From: Glycera tridactyla
Taxonomy: Eukaryota
Reading direction: 5' to 3'
Assembly: GCA_965644265.1 (NCBI GenBank)
Contig: OZ286464.1
Location: forward strand, 89,528,001 to 89,592,000
DNA: 64,000 bases
Shown: one piece after another, positions 1 to 12,725 of the stretch
Numbering within the stretch: position 1 is the first letter of the stretch
How the letters are laid out: each line of letters opens with the position of its first letter
Notes under the pieces: generated by a model
The model's input: the letters and a program-made list of their open reading frames with translations, nothing else
What the model was told of the DNA's origin: nothing
Databases searched by the model: none
Program-made: the position numbers and the translations under genes

Positions 1-1100
1 ACAATGGGAATATGGCTGGGCTATGAAAAAAAATGCGAAATCCACATATTTAGCACTCAAAGGTGATATACGAGGGACTTCACCCAGATTACATTTCTAG
101 TTGCTGGAGATGTCCAAAAAAGTTAGTCAGTTTCATTTCATTGCTAAGTTGGAAAACATACCCGTCACAATTGGATTTGACAGACTATAGCTCTATATAA
201 GTGTCATGCGGATTCAGATCAGGTATATAACCAATCAATCTAGAGCTCACAGCCCGTGTCTGATGCACCAACCAGTAATGTACATGAAGGAACACAGCAG
301 CACCATCTGTCACCCATCTCAATGAAGCCCTTTGTGCTTTCCCCACGCTTGATATTACTACCTTCTTGTAGCCAGGTGACACCATTTTTGACCAAGCTAC
401 GAAAAAAATTAAAACGATAAGGTCAGGAGCCAAAAAAGTCAGATCTTTCAATCTGATGACTACTGACTGGCTAGCAGAATTGAAATTTGGCTCCTAGAAT
501 GTGTCTGACAGGAGCCTGTCCAGCTTGTGAGTATTTGGGCCAAAATTGTGCCTTGTCTGACAACTCACAGGGATCGATGTCCTACCTTTGGGTAGCCAAT
601 TGCTACCAGATTTACCCTCTGGCTACCATATTTAGAAGTCAGGAGCCAGTGGCCCCTAACATTTTGAGGGCTTGTAATAGGCAATATATCGATTGCTTAC
701 CAAAACTTTAGGCGTAACTTTAGAATCCGTCCACCCTCCGATTTGAGATGACAAATAGTGAAAAATTGAAACTAACCTAATGGAACGATAAGACAATCAT
801 TGAATCTCTCAACTGAACCGTATTTTACATTCATGTAGAGTTATTTAGCGTGTTTTATTGAAGTTTTTGATAGCATTTCCCGGCCGATCATCACGGTCGC
901 CATCTTGTTTGGTTCGACAGATTTCATATGATTACATGAAACTTTTAGAAATTCTACATAGCGGGGGGGTCTAGGGGGGGCGGCAGCCCCCCCTACATTT
1001 GATATATTACCAACAATCCTGATAATTTGTCTTTATCAGATCGCCGAACTCGAAATCCGAGCCGCTGCCGGCCATAATCAACGTCGAGTATGACAATTCA

Positions 1101-1163
1101 GACCTGGTGGTAAGGTGCGCGCCTTCCACGCCAGAGGCCCGGGTTCGAATCCGGACGACTGCA
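1101..1163 (+). pseudogene. tRNA-Gly-like pseudogene or SINE head
   Basis: GCCTTCCACGCCAGAGGCCCGGGTTCGAATCC resembles the tRNA-Gly 3' half with a perfect B box; the 5' acceptor strand is missing and the anticodon stem pairs poorly. Confidence 0.55.
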
Positions 1164-1521
1164 AAACTTTTTAGATGATAATGTGTTTTAGCGAACATTA
1201 TTACGTTCCTAACCACATGATCGACTCTATAACCTGAATATATACGAACAATTTGCAAAATATCTGTTAAAATATATCCGTGAAAGCGCCGCAATTGATC
1301 TCTGAGTTAGTTCACAATCCATCCACTAGGACTGTGTCGTGGCGCCACTGGTATTTCCGTTTCCGCTCACAGTTCACTTACCTTCCGCTAGGCCGGTTTT
1401 GTAGCGCTTTGCATTAGTTCACTCAACTGCCGCTACGAATTCGCGTTGGCGCCACTGGTAATTCCGTTTCCGCTCACGCGCGCTGAGAGACTAGAAGTGT
1501 CAATGAATCTTTAGCAGAGAT

Positions 1522-1594
1522 GCCGCGGTGGCCGGTTTTGTAAGGCGCTCGACTCCCATGCTAGCGTAGCCGGGTTCAAATCCGATAGACGCCA
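1522..1594 (+). pseudogene. Degenerate tRNA-like sequence or SINE head
   Basis: A-box-like TGGCCGGTTTTGTAAGG and B box GGTTCAAATCC at tRNA-like spacing; stems poor. Confidence 0.4.
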
Positions 1595-2999
1595 CGGGTG
1601 GTTCTTCATACAGAGCTGCCTGCAGACCGCGTGAATACATCCGTCGTGAAACACCGACAAGTGGAAGGGTGGACGGATTCTAAATACGCGCCAAACTTTG
1701 CACTGGCTACCAAAAATTTCAACTTAGTAGCCAGCCAGCTTCTAACTATTTTTCTGACAGTAAATCCTGAGGTGTGCTGTTTACAGTCTTCAGGCTCATA
1801 TTTGTGAATGATATTTTTGCATTAATGGATTCAGATCTGATTGAAAAGATCGTGAAAACTATGGTCTACTGTAGTGGACCATGAAAATAAAACTTGCACG
1901 GATTGAGTGGATAATAAAGAAATGATTAAGCTGCAAATCTCTAATCCATAGTCAGCCATCTTTTTTTCTCTTGAAATTGAACTTTGCCCTATGGGCTAAC
2001 ACGAGTTGAACTCGAAGGTTGAATAATATGCACAGAACGATAACATCATCAGAGGGTCTAAACAAGGTTAACAGTGTTTCATGTAAACTACCTTCTACCC
2101 ATGATTGCTGACAGACCCTATCTCGTGCCATGAAAGCATGTAGTTTGATCCTCAGATCCATGTTTTTGTGAAATAAAAACTTTTACAAACAAACAATCAT
2201 GTCAGTCAGTGAATTTGATGTCCAAGTGAATCCCCAGAAATTTCCTGATGTTAGAGGGGTCCTCAGGTTCCCATCATAGCAGGTTTAACTGTACCATTTA
2301 AAATTGAAAATCAAACACAAATTTCAGAGGGAAAACCTGGACTTGCCCAGTTGAATTGGTATAAGTGACTGGAGATCATTACTGTCATTATCAAGCCTAT
2401 CAAGTTACGACCAAGTGTGCGAGTCTAACGGAAGATCAGGTCCCTCCGCCTGTTGGTGTTGGGATGGAGATAAGTTATGACCGAGGAATTTGGATGTATG
2501 GATGAATATAAGAACTTAGATCTATTACAGGTATTATCCAAAGTACATCATAAATCTCACCAACACTAGGGGGATCAGACTGCAATTGTGGATCGTGCAC
2601 GTGGGAATGAAAAGGAATCAAAGTTTATCGATAAATCAATCAATAGTGAGTTACACACACGTCCACAACCACATCCACAAGCGATATGATCAGGACCTCA
2701 GGATCAGCACCACTGCATTCCTCCAGCAAATGACCATTCATCGCAAAAAGCTTCCTCTGATAACATTTTATGGCTCTTCTATGGAACCAGTGATGCGAGT
2801 GCACTAAAACAGGATTTCCTGAGACCTGACCAAATTATCTGAAACTATTCCCCCCCCCCACCCCCCGTCCCCGATGCCTCTGAAAGAACCAGATTTGGAA
2901 CGTTCAGCCTGGTTCCAGAAACATTTGGATTTTGAATTTTGTGATGAATTTCCAGGATTCAGGAAACCTCCTGAAATCACTGTCTAGACCTCTGGACAT

Positions 3000-3270
3000 A
3001 CTAGGATGCCCAGAAGCAGCAGGGATGCCTGGAAAGAGGGGGTCTGTATCAAGACTAATATATCATGCCTATTCAACATGATTATGTTGGAATTGTAGAT
3101 CTGTGGCAGCAAGAGGAAATACCTGGAAGAGATATTCAAGTTATGGGAGGAGTGTGTAGGAAAAAATCGAGGAATATGACTCATAAATTGAAATGTCATA
3201 AGAGAGGTATGGTACCAGATAAGGATAAGACCCTGCCTCACCCAAGAATTGAGGCTTCGGAATAGACAAG
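3000..3270 (+). pseudogene. Possible decayed LINE ORF2 C-terminal fragment
   Basis: IMPIQHDYVGIVDLW and NVIREVWYQIRIR weakly resemble post-RT motifs. Confidence 0.25.
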
Positions 3271-5040
3271 GCAGAAATACTGGTGAACATTCTAGGCCGA
3301 ATACATGCATGAATGCACACACACGCGCACACGTACATCAGATACAAGGAGCCATAACATATTTCAAGTGCATAAATAATCACAATGTTTTCATCAAGCA
3401 ATGGCAGTTGAGACACAGTATAGACTATGGAGTAGAAAAAAATTAGATGCTGCAGTCAGAGGGATATGAATACCACATGAAGAAACTGTGTTTTCTGTAG
3501 GCTTGGATTTGTCTTATATCCATATTTTATCATTGAATATTTGCAATATACAATGTACATGTATAGATGGTGACATGAAACAAAACATACAATCATAAAA
3601 CCATCCTATAAGGATAAGACGGGCCACACATATAAAAATATTCGAAATCCTAATCGTATTAAATTGTACCATTCCTAAAATAATTCAGGGATTCTCACAC
3701 AGACACATGGTAAAAGAATTTTATAGAACACTAAACAGTATTATAATGTACAATAAAGTAAATTCACTACAGATCACCAGGACCTCTCTGCAGAATTGTA
3801 GTTAACTGGCTTGTTCTCTCAAGTATATGATCTAATTCAGAACACCTATACCAGAGCACCACAATTCCTTTTTGGTGTCAGTCCATGGTGTAAGTTTATG
3901 AATTCATATCCCCCAAAATCCTGATCTGTGTTGAGACAGAAAGGCTTGCATATTTGCAAGAATGGGTTCATAAATCTTGGAAATAGAGGATAAAGGTGAG
4001 ATATTGAATGACATTTGTTGAACTGTCAACACAAACTGCCATAACTTTCTTAGTCCTGCAATCTTCCTGACCATTTCCTTTAATACTCCCAATATGCCAG
4101 GAATATCTCATGGAATTCTCACTCTTCCATCATTCACAGAGCACCTTCATCTCCGAATTTGAACACATTCCCATTTCAACCCCAGAGAGCAATGTTCTCA
4201 CGGTTTATGATGGCACGTGATGGCTCATCACACTCACCTGTAACAGATGGAAAAAATACATATAAGTTATTTTACCAAACATCATGGGAAAATTGTCACC
4301 TAAGTTGCAAAATAAAGATCACCTACAGAGTGTGAGAATGTGCTTCAAGGTGTTTGAGACACAGTTGTGACAGTGTGACAGGTTTGGTGAAAAAATTGGG
4401 AGCCCAGATTTTTCACTCAGTTACGTGTTCCTTCGATAAATGACCAAACACCGTGTTTTATGGCAGCTAAGCTGATATCTATTTCATTAGTAACAAGAAG
4501 CACAGGCATTGTGACTGTATACCAGCTGTCTCTAGGAGGAAACTCGCCTGTGGTGATTTCCCGAATTTCCCTCCAAATATCGGAATATCAGCAGCTTGAC
4601 ATCTCCATGATGAGAAATCCAGACAGAAAACAAAAATATCAGAATTCCGATAAGGAAACTTTCATCCGTGGTGAGTGGAAGTTTTGAGGGCAAAGTACAA
4701 TGATCCCAGCCATGAGCTGGGTGCAGTCCATCCTTTGTAATGTACTCTTGGGTTTCTAGCCAATTGGTGCAAGCTTAGAGTGTTGAGAATATAATCAAAA
4801 TATTTTTACTTCACAGGTAGTAGCACCAATAATGCATACAAAATTGTGCTACCGCCCTCCTGTTATCATCACCATAACAGTAATGATATAGTGCAGTGTT
4901 GTCCTGTCACTTCTTGGCTAAACAGCTAAAGAAATGAGTACCGAATCCATACACATCACCACCCAATTAGACCATGGACCGGATTGATTGGTTATATGAG
5001 ACTGAAAAACTAAAAATGCTGACGAAAAGAGGACTACTAC

Positions 5041-5100
5041 ACAATAGACAATAGACATATCTTTATCTATACAGGCTTAACACAGCGTAATATACAAATA
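5041..5100 (-). mobile_element. Very short LINE 3' tail related to the 57120 element
   Basis: ACAATAGACAATAGACATATCTTTATCTATACAGGC resembles 57121-57163. Confidence 0.4.
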
Positions 5101-6619
5101 AACATCAGTAAATCTGTCACAAACGTTCAGACCAGAGCCTGGTTTGCTGCTGGAACCTGTTTCCTGAAAATCCATGAATGTCAATTCTATATATGGGTAT
5201 ATCACATATTAGATAAATTCACACAGAATTTTATTAAACTTCTGGGTGAATGTGATACATTTGATATATAGATATTGTGATTCACCTCTACTTCGAAACC
5301 AAGAAATATATCAATTGAATCACTAGATTTCTATTGGTGGTGTGGTATGCTTGTACTTTGTGTGATCTAATGTTCATATAGTTATGTTTCATATTCTCAA
5401 AAATAGATTCTCCTGTGCTCAATTCAACCTTTGTCTATAATGATATTTAAAACTGAAATCGGACAAGTTTGCGTCTGAAATGTATCCGCCAAATTCAATT
5501 GGTAAAATATGTTAGTCAGACGCTACCTGCAAATGGGACAAACCCCTGGGCCTGCTAACCCATGACAGATGATATTGATGGGCCAAAAAGATAAAAATAT
5601 GGGTTGAGGGCGCGGGCCCATCTACAACCTGAAGCTCTGAGAAAGAGATGAATTGGGGATGTAATTTATGTGGAATCAATGACTGTCTGGGAAAGTAAAT
5701 GGAGGCCGGTTGCTTGATCATCATCCTACCTGACATGTCATCACACACACGATCAATACTGAATAATATTTCAGATTCTCTTGATGTCCATGGCACCCAG
5801 CCAGGTGTGAAGATGGGGCGTTCACATATGCAAGGTGACAAGGTGAGTGGAGGATGACTGCATGGCGAAGAGAATCTAACCACAAATCCAAGACTAGGAG
5901 ATAGATGATGGCCATGGGATTAGCCTGAAAGTCCCATACAGCCAGGGCCGTCGGGCGGGTGGGTCTCAAAGTTACACATCTATTTCAGACAGGCTCTTTT
6001 GCGCATATTCCTGTCGGATTGAGTCTAAAAGTCGTGATAACGAATTATAATTGTCAAATTCGCTGACGAGTTCCGTCAGTTTCGCAAGTTCAACCGCCAT
6101 CGTTGAAGCTGGAGATGAAGAAGAACCAACAGATATCTGTCACAGTCCCTGATTGGCCGAATCGAGAATCGCAGCAAAATCCACCAATCAGCGACCTGCT
6201 TTCATGAGGCTCACGGCAGGCGCCAGATGTCAACAATGTATGCAGAAGACGATCTTTCAAGCATCTCGGCATGTCTGCGCAGCTATCGGAATCATGCAGT
6301 GGCCAGTCTTACGAATGAATCTATCACGTTTGCACGTACTGTCTACGGAAAATTCGACTCGTATACGAGTGTTTCCTCAATCCAGGTGACATTCGTGTAC
6401 GAACGTGTTGTTTTTCGGGCGGGTAGCTTTTTCTGATGTCTCCGCGCCCTGACACATTTTCATTGAAAGATACAAAGACATATCTTCATTGCATCCATTC
6501 ACTGCATGATATAATAGTCCCAATGAGAACTATTTATTGACAATATTGGGAAGAAACACAATCACTGCTGTTCATCTGACAAAAAATTTTAAATTTGTTT
6601 CCCAGCCTCTCCCCTCCTA

Positions 6620-6870
6620 GTCACACTCTAATGGTATTTTGGCTAGTATCCGACGTTTTCCCAGATGTGAGTAGCGAAGCAAATGGAATTGGCATCTTGT
6701 ACATTTGGTGGCCCATTATGCTCAGATTGATTACAGGGATCACAGGATCTTCAAATTTCTCGCCCTTCTGTCTTCCACATCTCTGTCCCTGATGACTGAC
6801 AAAAATTCTCAATTTTCTTCCTGGCACTGAGCAGAAGTTCACTGGTATAGACCAGGATATTCCATGAATG
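6620..6870 (-). pseudogene. Possible decayed Gypsy-type integrase zinc-binding region
   Basis: Across two frames: IFVSHQG and MWKTEGREI*RSCDPCNQ...THIWENVG, resembling the HHCC region. Confidence 0.3.
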
Positions 6871-6952
6871 GATGGTAAGTTGATCTCATGTCTCATGGGT
6901 TCCGCCACGCTGACACCTACTCAGGATCTGTGGAGTTGCTCACATAAGCAAC

Positions 6953-6979
6953 ATACACACACACAAAGGCACACACACT

Positions 6980-7018
<39 letters not shown>
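6953..7018. repeat. (AC)n microsatellite
   Basis: Direct reading. Confidence 0.9.
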
Positions 7019-7020
<2 letters not shown>

Positions 7021-7139
7021 AGAAATGAAATCTGCATTTGATATTTCTGTCTCATGTAAACATAGTCAGAGATTGATCAGGAGAATCAACTGCCACAAAA
7101 GCAGCCATTTTGATAAAATTCCAAGGAGATGATTCAATG

Positions 7140-7269
7140 NNNNNNNNNNNNNNNNNNNNNNNNNNNNNNNNNNNNNNNNNNNNNNNNNNNNNNNNNNNNN
7201 NNNNNNNNNNNNNNNNNNNNNNNNNNNNNNNNNNNNNNNNNNNNNNNNNNNNNNNNNNNNNNNNNNNNN
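7140..7269. other. Assembly gap
   Basis: N run. Confidence 1.
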
Positions 7270-7325
7270 TATAAGAATTACTGTCACAGTCAAGAGTCTG
7301 TGCCACCGGGTAGTGATGCTGGGAG

Positions 7326-7370
<45 letters not shown>

Positions 7371-7620
7371 AAGGTTTGAAGGCATGTACCAACAAAGTGG
7401 ATTATGTATGATGTGTGTTCCTGGTCAAATGAATTGAGATGTTCTGTCCCCCGCAGACATCACTCACACAAACCCTGAACACAAGATGATGGGGAAGGTT
7501 GTCAAGTGTGAGTAGCCAACAGCCCAGTCATACCACTACTGACTGAATATGAACATATTGAACCTTATGATGGCATATCTAACTATGTGGCTGGCTGGAT
7601 GCTGACACTCAAACCTGGAT
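7326..7620 (-). mobile_element. Retroposon 3'-end family copy A (SINE or I/Nimb-like LINE end)
   Basis: Shared block ACCCTGAACACAAGATGATGGGG...GTTGTCAAGTG; (GATT)n tail at 7326-7370. Confidence 0.7.
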
Positions 7621-8046
7621 GTGGCCTGTCAGAGATACTGTGAGGACACAGCCACTTCATCAGGCAACAAGTAATCTGGGAGAAGCACACGGTCTAATCA
7701 CCTCCCGAGCTGGCTTCATTACAATCTCCCACCGCCGATACAATCATGTAGCTACTGACTCAACTGATTTGTTCACTGTCAGAAACCATCCCCGCCACCG
7801 ATACAATCAGGTCACCACTGAATCTGCTGATTTGTTTCCTGTCACCAACATATGACAAGCCCACAAAAGATTCTCCAGCATAATTATCACGCCAAATCAT
7901 CATGTCTTGATTGCATTTTGAAGAAATTTCCATAATTCACTCATTTCACAAAAATGATTTATCAATATTTATCTCATCTGAACTTCTCAAAAATAAAAAA
8001 TAGCCAAAGGCCTTGCAACAGCATCGGAGCAGAAATCATTATGCCA

Positions 8047-8262
8047 CAATGATTGTCTGTTTGTTTTGGGTCAGATGGCATGTATCAATCCAAAAGATTA
8101 TGTACGCTGCTGCACCTTATTGGGCTATGATAGTTGGCTGCTGTCCCCTGCTGGCAGCACTTACAAACCCTGAATACAGGATTATGGGGAACCAGAAAGA
8201 TTGTCAAGTGGGAGTAGCTGACAGTTCAGACACATGTCTACACTCTACACATGAACCTGAAT
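8047..8262 (-). mobile_element. Retroposon 3'-end family copy B (older)
   Basis: Same block, more diverged. Confidence 0.6.
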
Positions 8263-9676
8263 ATACCTTTCAACTGTATATCTTACTATTTAAATGGATT
8301 GTCTGTATAATAATAATATCACTATGCCAACCAAAATCATTGCATAAAAGATGTGAAGTGAAGCAATCCTGGTTAATATATCATGCCTAAGAGGAACAAT
8401 TCATTTGACAGTATAATCACCATATTGTCCCTCTGAATTCGAGACCAACATTCAACAATATACCAGAACTTCATATACGGTAGTATCCTAATTCCGACAG
8501 CTTTCATCTCACCATAGTTCTCAAGAATACAAAGACTAACTGCAACATCTCAATAGAAATACCTTGTGAAAAATAATATCCATAATATCTGCTCTCATTG
8601 AGATCCACCCTAATGTAGGACTCTCCTTTTCAGCTATTGGTTCACATCTGGACCAAACATGATATGACAATAACGGGCCATTCGAGATTGGAAGCATGAC
8701 AAACGAGTGTGATATTGTGTAGATGTGGATATTGATATTTGGAGCAAGACACATCTCGCGTGATGTCATCAAAAAGTGCTTACATATTCAGTTTTGTAAA
8801 TGTAAAGTTCGGTAACCATATGACAACTATGGTGGCACCTAGCATTCAATTTAGGAGGACGGACAATATTGCTAGGTGTGCATAAAATAAACTTTTGAGG
8901 AGGTGCACATTAATGCATGTGTGCGATGTAAACTGTGCACTCTGATTGGACAATATATTCCATGTGGAGAGCAGAAAAAATAGTGCCTCGGTAAATTTCT
9001 TCAATGCTGTAAGACCATTTCATGGTGATGGATGTTTCTGCACCCGATGACAGCCATATGTTTTTTCCCGAATAATATCTGGTAATCTTCATGTCATTGA
9101 ATGTGGCAGTAATGTTTGACAACTGAGATGACTAAATGCACAATTCAAGGATTCCAACTTCTCCTGAATTGTTCCTCCGATATAGACTCATGGGTGAACA
9201 AGAAAACAACAACAACAACAGAGGCGAATACAAAGAGGGTAGATTTTGTGATGCGGTATGTGGGCAGTGAGAGTACTGGGCAGTCTAATGTTACCGAAGC
9301 AATCACCGAGTGGAAGCAATCACCGAGTGGTCGGCAACCCTCGCTCACCAATTGATGCAAACTGCAGATATGCATCTTGAACGCAACTATCCAATACCAC
9401 ACCAGTTGCAGTCCAATAATCAGGGAAATTCCTGAGAAGGGAAGTGAATGAGACAATTGTCCCACACTGCGTCCCACACTATGGGACAATTCTGAGCTTG
9501 ATAAGACAATTTCTCAATCATCGAGGAAAAAAAGCTAGATTTGCCATACCTGTATACTTATCACTGAAAGATAACCTATGATTAGGGTATACACCAATCC
9601 CAAGATCAGGCGTTACACATGAAATAAGAAGTGATTTGAAACTTAACAATATCTCCATACATCTAGATATCAATTA

Positions 9677-9846
9677 CAGTGAAACCTGCGATGAGAGACC
9701 CCCCGATGAGAGACCACCAGAGACCGCTTTTTCAGGGCAGCTTTTCTATTTGATATAGTCAAATATACCTCCGACGAGAGACCACCTCTTTTGAGAGACC
9801 ACTTTTTGGTGACATTTAGGGCAGTCTCTCATCGCAGGTTTCACTG
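9677..9846. mobile_element. Tc1/mariner-like MITE
   Basis: Perfect 23-bp TIR CAGTGAAACCTGCGATGAGAGAC, TA on both flanks. Confidence 0.9.
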
Positions 9847-10922
9847 TAGTATTGAAAACTGAAGCATGAATTTTTGGAAATTCATTGAACCGAAAATATT
9901 ATTTGAAAAATATACTTTCACTACAGGAAGCTAGCATACCTCGTCATAATGCACAATGTCTATGTTCTGAGACCCCTGACCATTATTTTCATCACAAACA
10001 ACCCATGCTGTTCTAGAGTTGGTTCATCTACAGTTTTTGCCATTATTACAAGGGTTTGATAATGAAATATGAGTGACCGGACATTTTATGTCACACTTTT
10101 CACTTAAGAGAAAAGAGCATGTTGTCCACCTGCTAGAGCTCTGAATTTGCACAAGTAGAGACCCAACACATGGGACCAAGAGCTTCCAGAATATTGAAGT
10201 TCTACATTGAAGGGAACATCTAGAAAAAAACTTGAACTTTGTGAAATAGTTTATGAGGCTCCAAAATTCATCACCAGATATTTCGTGCTGTATGCATACT
10301 GGTGGGTAAAGTCCTCAAACTCAAATTGATTTACATTACCGAGACCCTGGACCAGGGAATTATCAAACTATTACCCCTCTGGACATCTGAAACTTCACAG
10401 AATTTTTGTCCAAATTTCATATCACTATTCCATTCGAAAAAAGGGACACATTTTTTGAACAAGCATCAGTGTACCCCACATCCACAGCATACAAAAATCC
10501 TTATGCCACCACCTGGATTATATTATTGTCTAATACTATACCGAAGATTGTGACAATATCTCAATAATCTTGGAAGATATGGTCTAGTGATGCTTTCTTG
10601 ATTTCGGCTTTACACAGGACATGTGAAAAAAAGGGTCATTTTGAGACATTTGTGTTCAGTCATGCTTTGACATCATACTAAAACACTTCAGAGTCAATCA
10701 CAACTCATTACCATGAAGGTTTGGGATCCTCCAGTGAAAAACGTAAGTGGATATCTCAAATAGTAATGAAATGGCAGCTGCTTATATGACAGAAAGTGCA
10801 AGATTACGCCTGATCTTGGGACTGGCATTTAATGAGTGAACAAACAATAGTAAAAGTGACAGTTCTTTAAAAGTACATCTGAAAGTAACTTTAAATAAAT
10901 GATATTCTAGCATTCGAACAAA

Positions 10923-11674
10923 GCTATTGGGACACTTTGTCTCAAGTACACCCGGACAAATGGGACATTTGAGGATTTGATGGGAGATTCTCTCCAGATC
11001 TCACACCAGGAATATCAGGTGAATAATCCTGCAGTCAATGTCAAGGTTCCTCTCTGGTGTTGCCTAAAAACATGTCAGATGTCCGACATGTCAGAGGAGA
11101 ATTTTCGGTTGTCTAGAATCCTGTCTGACAAAACGTGTTAGATGTGATGAATCAAATTCACTCATAAGTGAGTCCGAATGATTGACATGAACAGGTAATT
11201 GAATTATGATTCACTCAAAAGTGGCGAATGGATAGCACTGAGCAAGGGATTATTGAACTGCTTGAGAATCAAAGATCATAAGACTGTAAATCTAGCCGAA
11301 TAGACCAGACTCAGCCGCAGATGTGCATCAAGTGCAAAAACAAATGGAAACAGTTGAATAGTGTTTCTATTTATAGAAGCTTTCTACAAACTGTCACTTG
11401 TGATTACCGTCATAATCGGGGACTAACAACCGATGCCTGGGATGTGAGAAAGGCATTTGATTTCGAGCCAATATCGACTTTTTCTGGGGTGCAATCATCT
11501 CCACATAATCTCAGCCTTCCACGTAACAAAAGGGGCCATTTCACTCGGCTTCTATCAACATCATGGATGTCGTATGCAGTAATATTCCTGGAGTAAAATT
11601 TGGAGAGAATCACTCATCAAATTCTCAAATGTCCCATTTGTCTGGATGTACTTGAGACAAATTGTCCCAATGGC
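10923..11674. repeat. Long inverted repeat, 74-bp arms about 600 bp apart (probable foldback/MITE)
   Basis: 10923-10996 is the reverse complement of 11601-11674 with a handful of mismatches. Confidence 0.8.
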
Positions 11675-12052
11675 TCTGATCTGAGATCCAACAATTCCAG
11701 AATTTCATTCATTTAGACTCATTTCAACTGCATTTAAAATTAAAAACTGTCATTAGCACCATTGTCTGTTCACAGTGTAAAACCTGAATCTGAGGTTTTT
11801 CTCATAGTGTGCAGACTATAATATAAAACACCTTGCACTCCCTTCCTGATGAGTGAGAAACTGTCTCATTGAGCTCAGAATTGTCCACGAGGTATTAGGT
11901 CATGTGGGAAATTTCCCAAACATGTACTCGAAAATTTGGTATGAGTGATCACAACTGGTTTGCACTACACCCGGATGAAGCATCTCAAAAAGAAAGATGC
12001 TGTGACCTCCATCCCAACTTCTCCATCTGTATAGGAGCTGATTTCCACCGTA

Positions 12053-12231
12053 CAGTCAAACCTGTCTACAAAGGCCACCACAGGCTGCATAAAAAAGTGG
12101 CCTTTATAGGCAAGTGACTCTTACAGAATGGTCATTAAATGTTGAAAATACTATCATGGTTGCAGCTCAAGGTGGCCTTAATAGGCAGGTGGTCCTTATA
12201 GAGAGGCGATCTCTTGAGCGGATTTGACAGT
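12053..12231. mobile_element. Tc1/mariner-like MITE (decayed right TIR)
   Basis: TA-CAGTCAAACCT...GATTTGACAG; core shared with 29485 and 44918 copies. Confidence 0.65.
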
Positions 12232-12503
12232 TGTGATCAATACTGCTTGCTATTGCAATGATCTTTGACCTTGACCTCAGCCAATCGACATACAATACCC
12301 ATCACAGTCTCTTTCTCTGCTGAGCATCTCATTTTCATTACTATTAAACAATCTCCTGTATCAGAGCTTCGAAGAAGAGGATGTTTCCAGTTTCTATTAC
12401 CCTCCAAGCACAACACAATGGCACCCAGAGCTCCAAATCTGGTACCAAATACACCAATCCCTCAGTGAAGTGACCACAATGCCTAGAATAACAAATCACC
12501 CAT

Positions 12504-12725
12504 CAGGGCTTGACATTAAGGGTTGTCCGGTTGTCCGGGACAAGTAAAAATTCATGGCGGACAAGTGAATTTTATAACCTACTTGCCCGCTGGACAACTG
12601 CAGATTTCTTCTTTAAGTATGCTTAATATTACATTGGACAGGTAAAATTCTTAGGCGGACAACCGAAGATCTTATGTCACTTGTCCGCTTGCACGACCAG
12701 CCGAAAACCCCAATGTCATGCCCTG
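12504..12725. mobile_element. CAGGG-terminated MITE with 5-bp TSD (hAT5-like)
   Basis: TIR CAGGGCTTGACATT / AATGTCATGCCCTG; CCCAT at 12499-12503 and 12726-12730. Confidence 0.8.

Noticed and set aside
238-395. Minus-strand exon candidate LVKNGVTWLQEG...DRWCCCVPSCTLLVGASDTGCEL-stop
   Set aside because: Acceptor is plausible and the Cys cluster suggestive, but no recognisable homology, partner exon or donor; unsupported.
1101-1594. Functional tRNA genes
   Set aside because: Acceptor and anticodon stems do not pair; treated as tRNA-derived relics.
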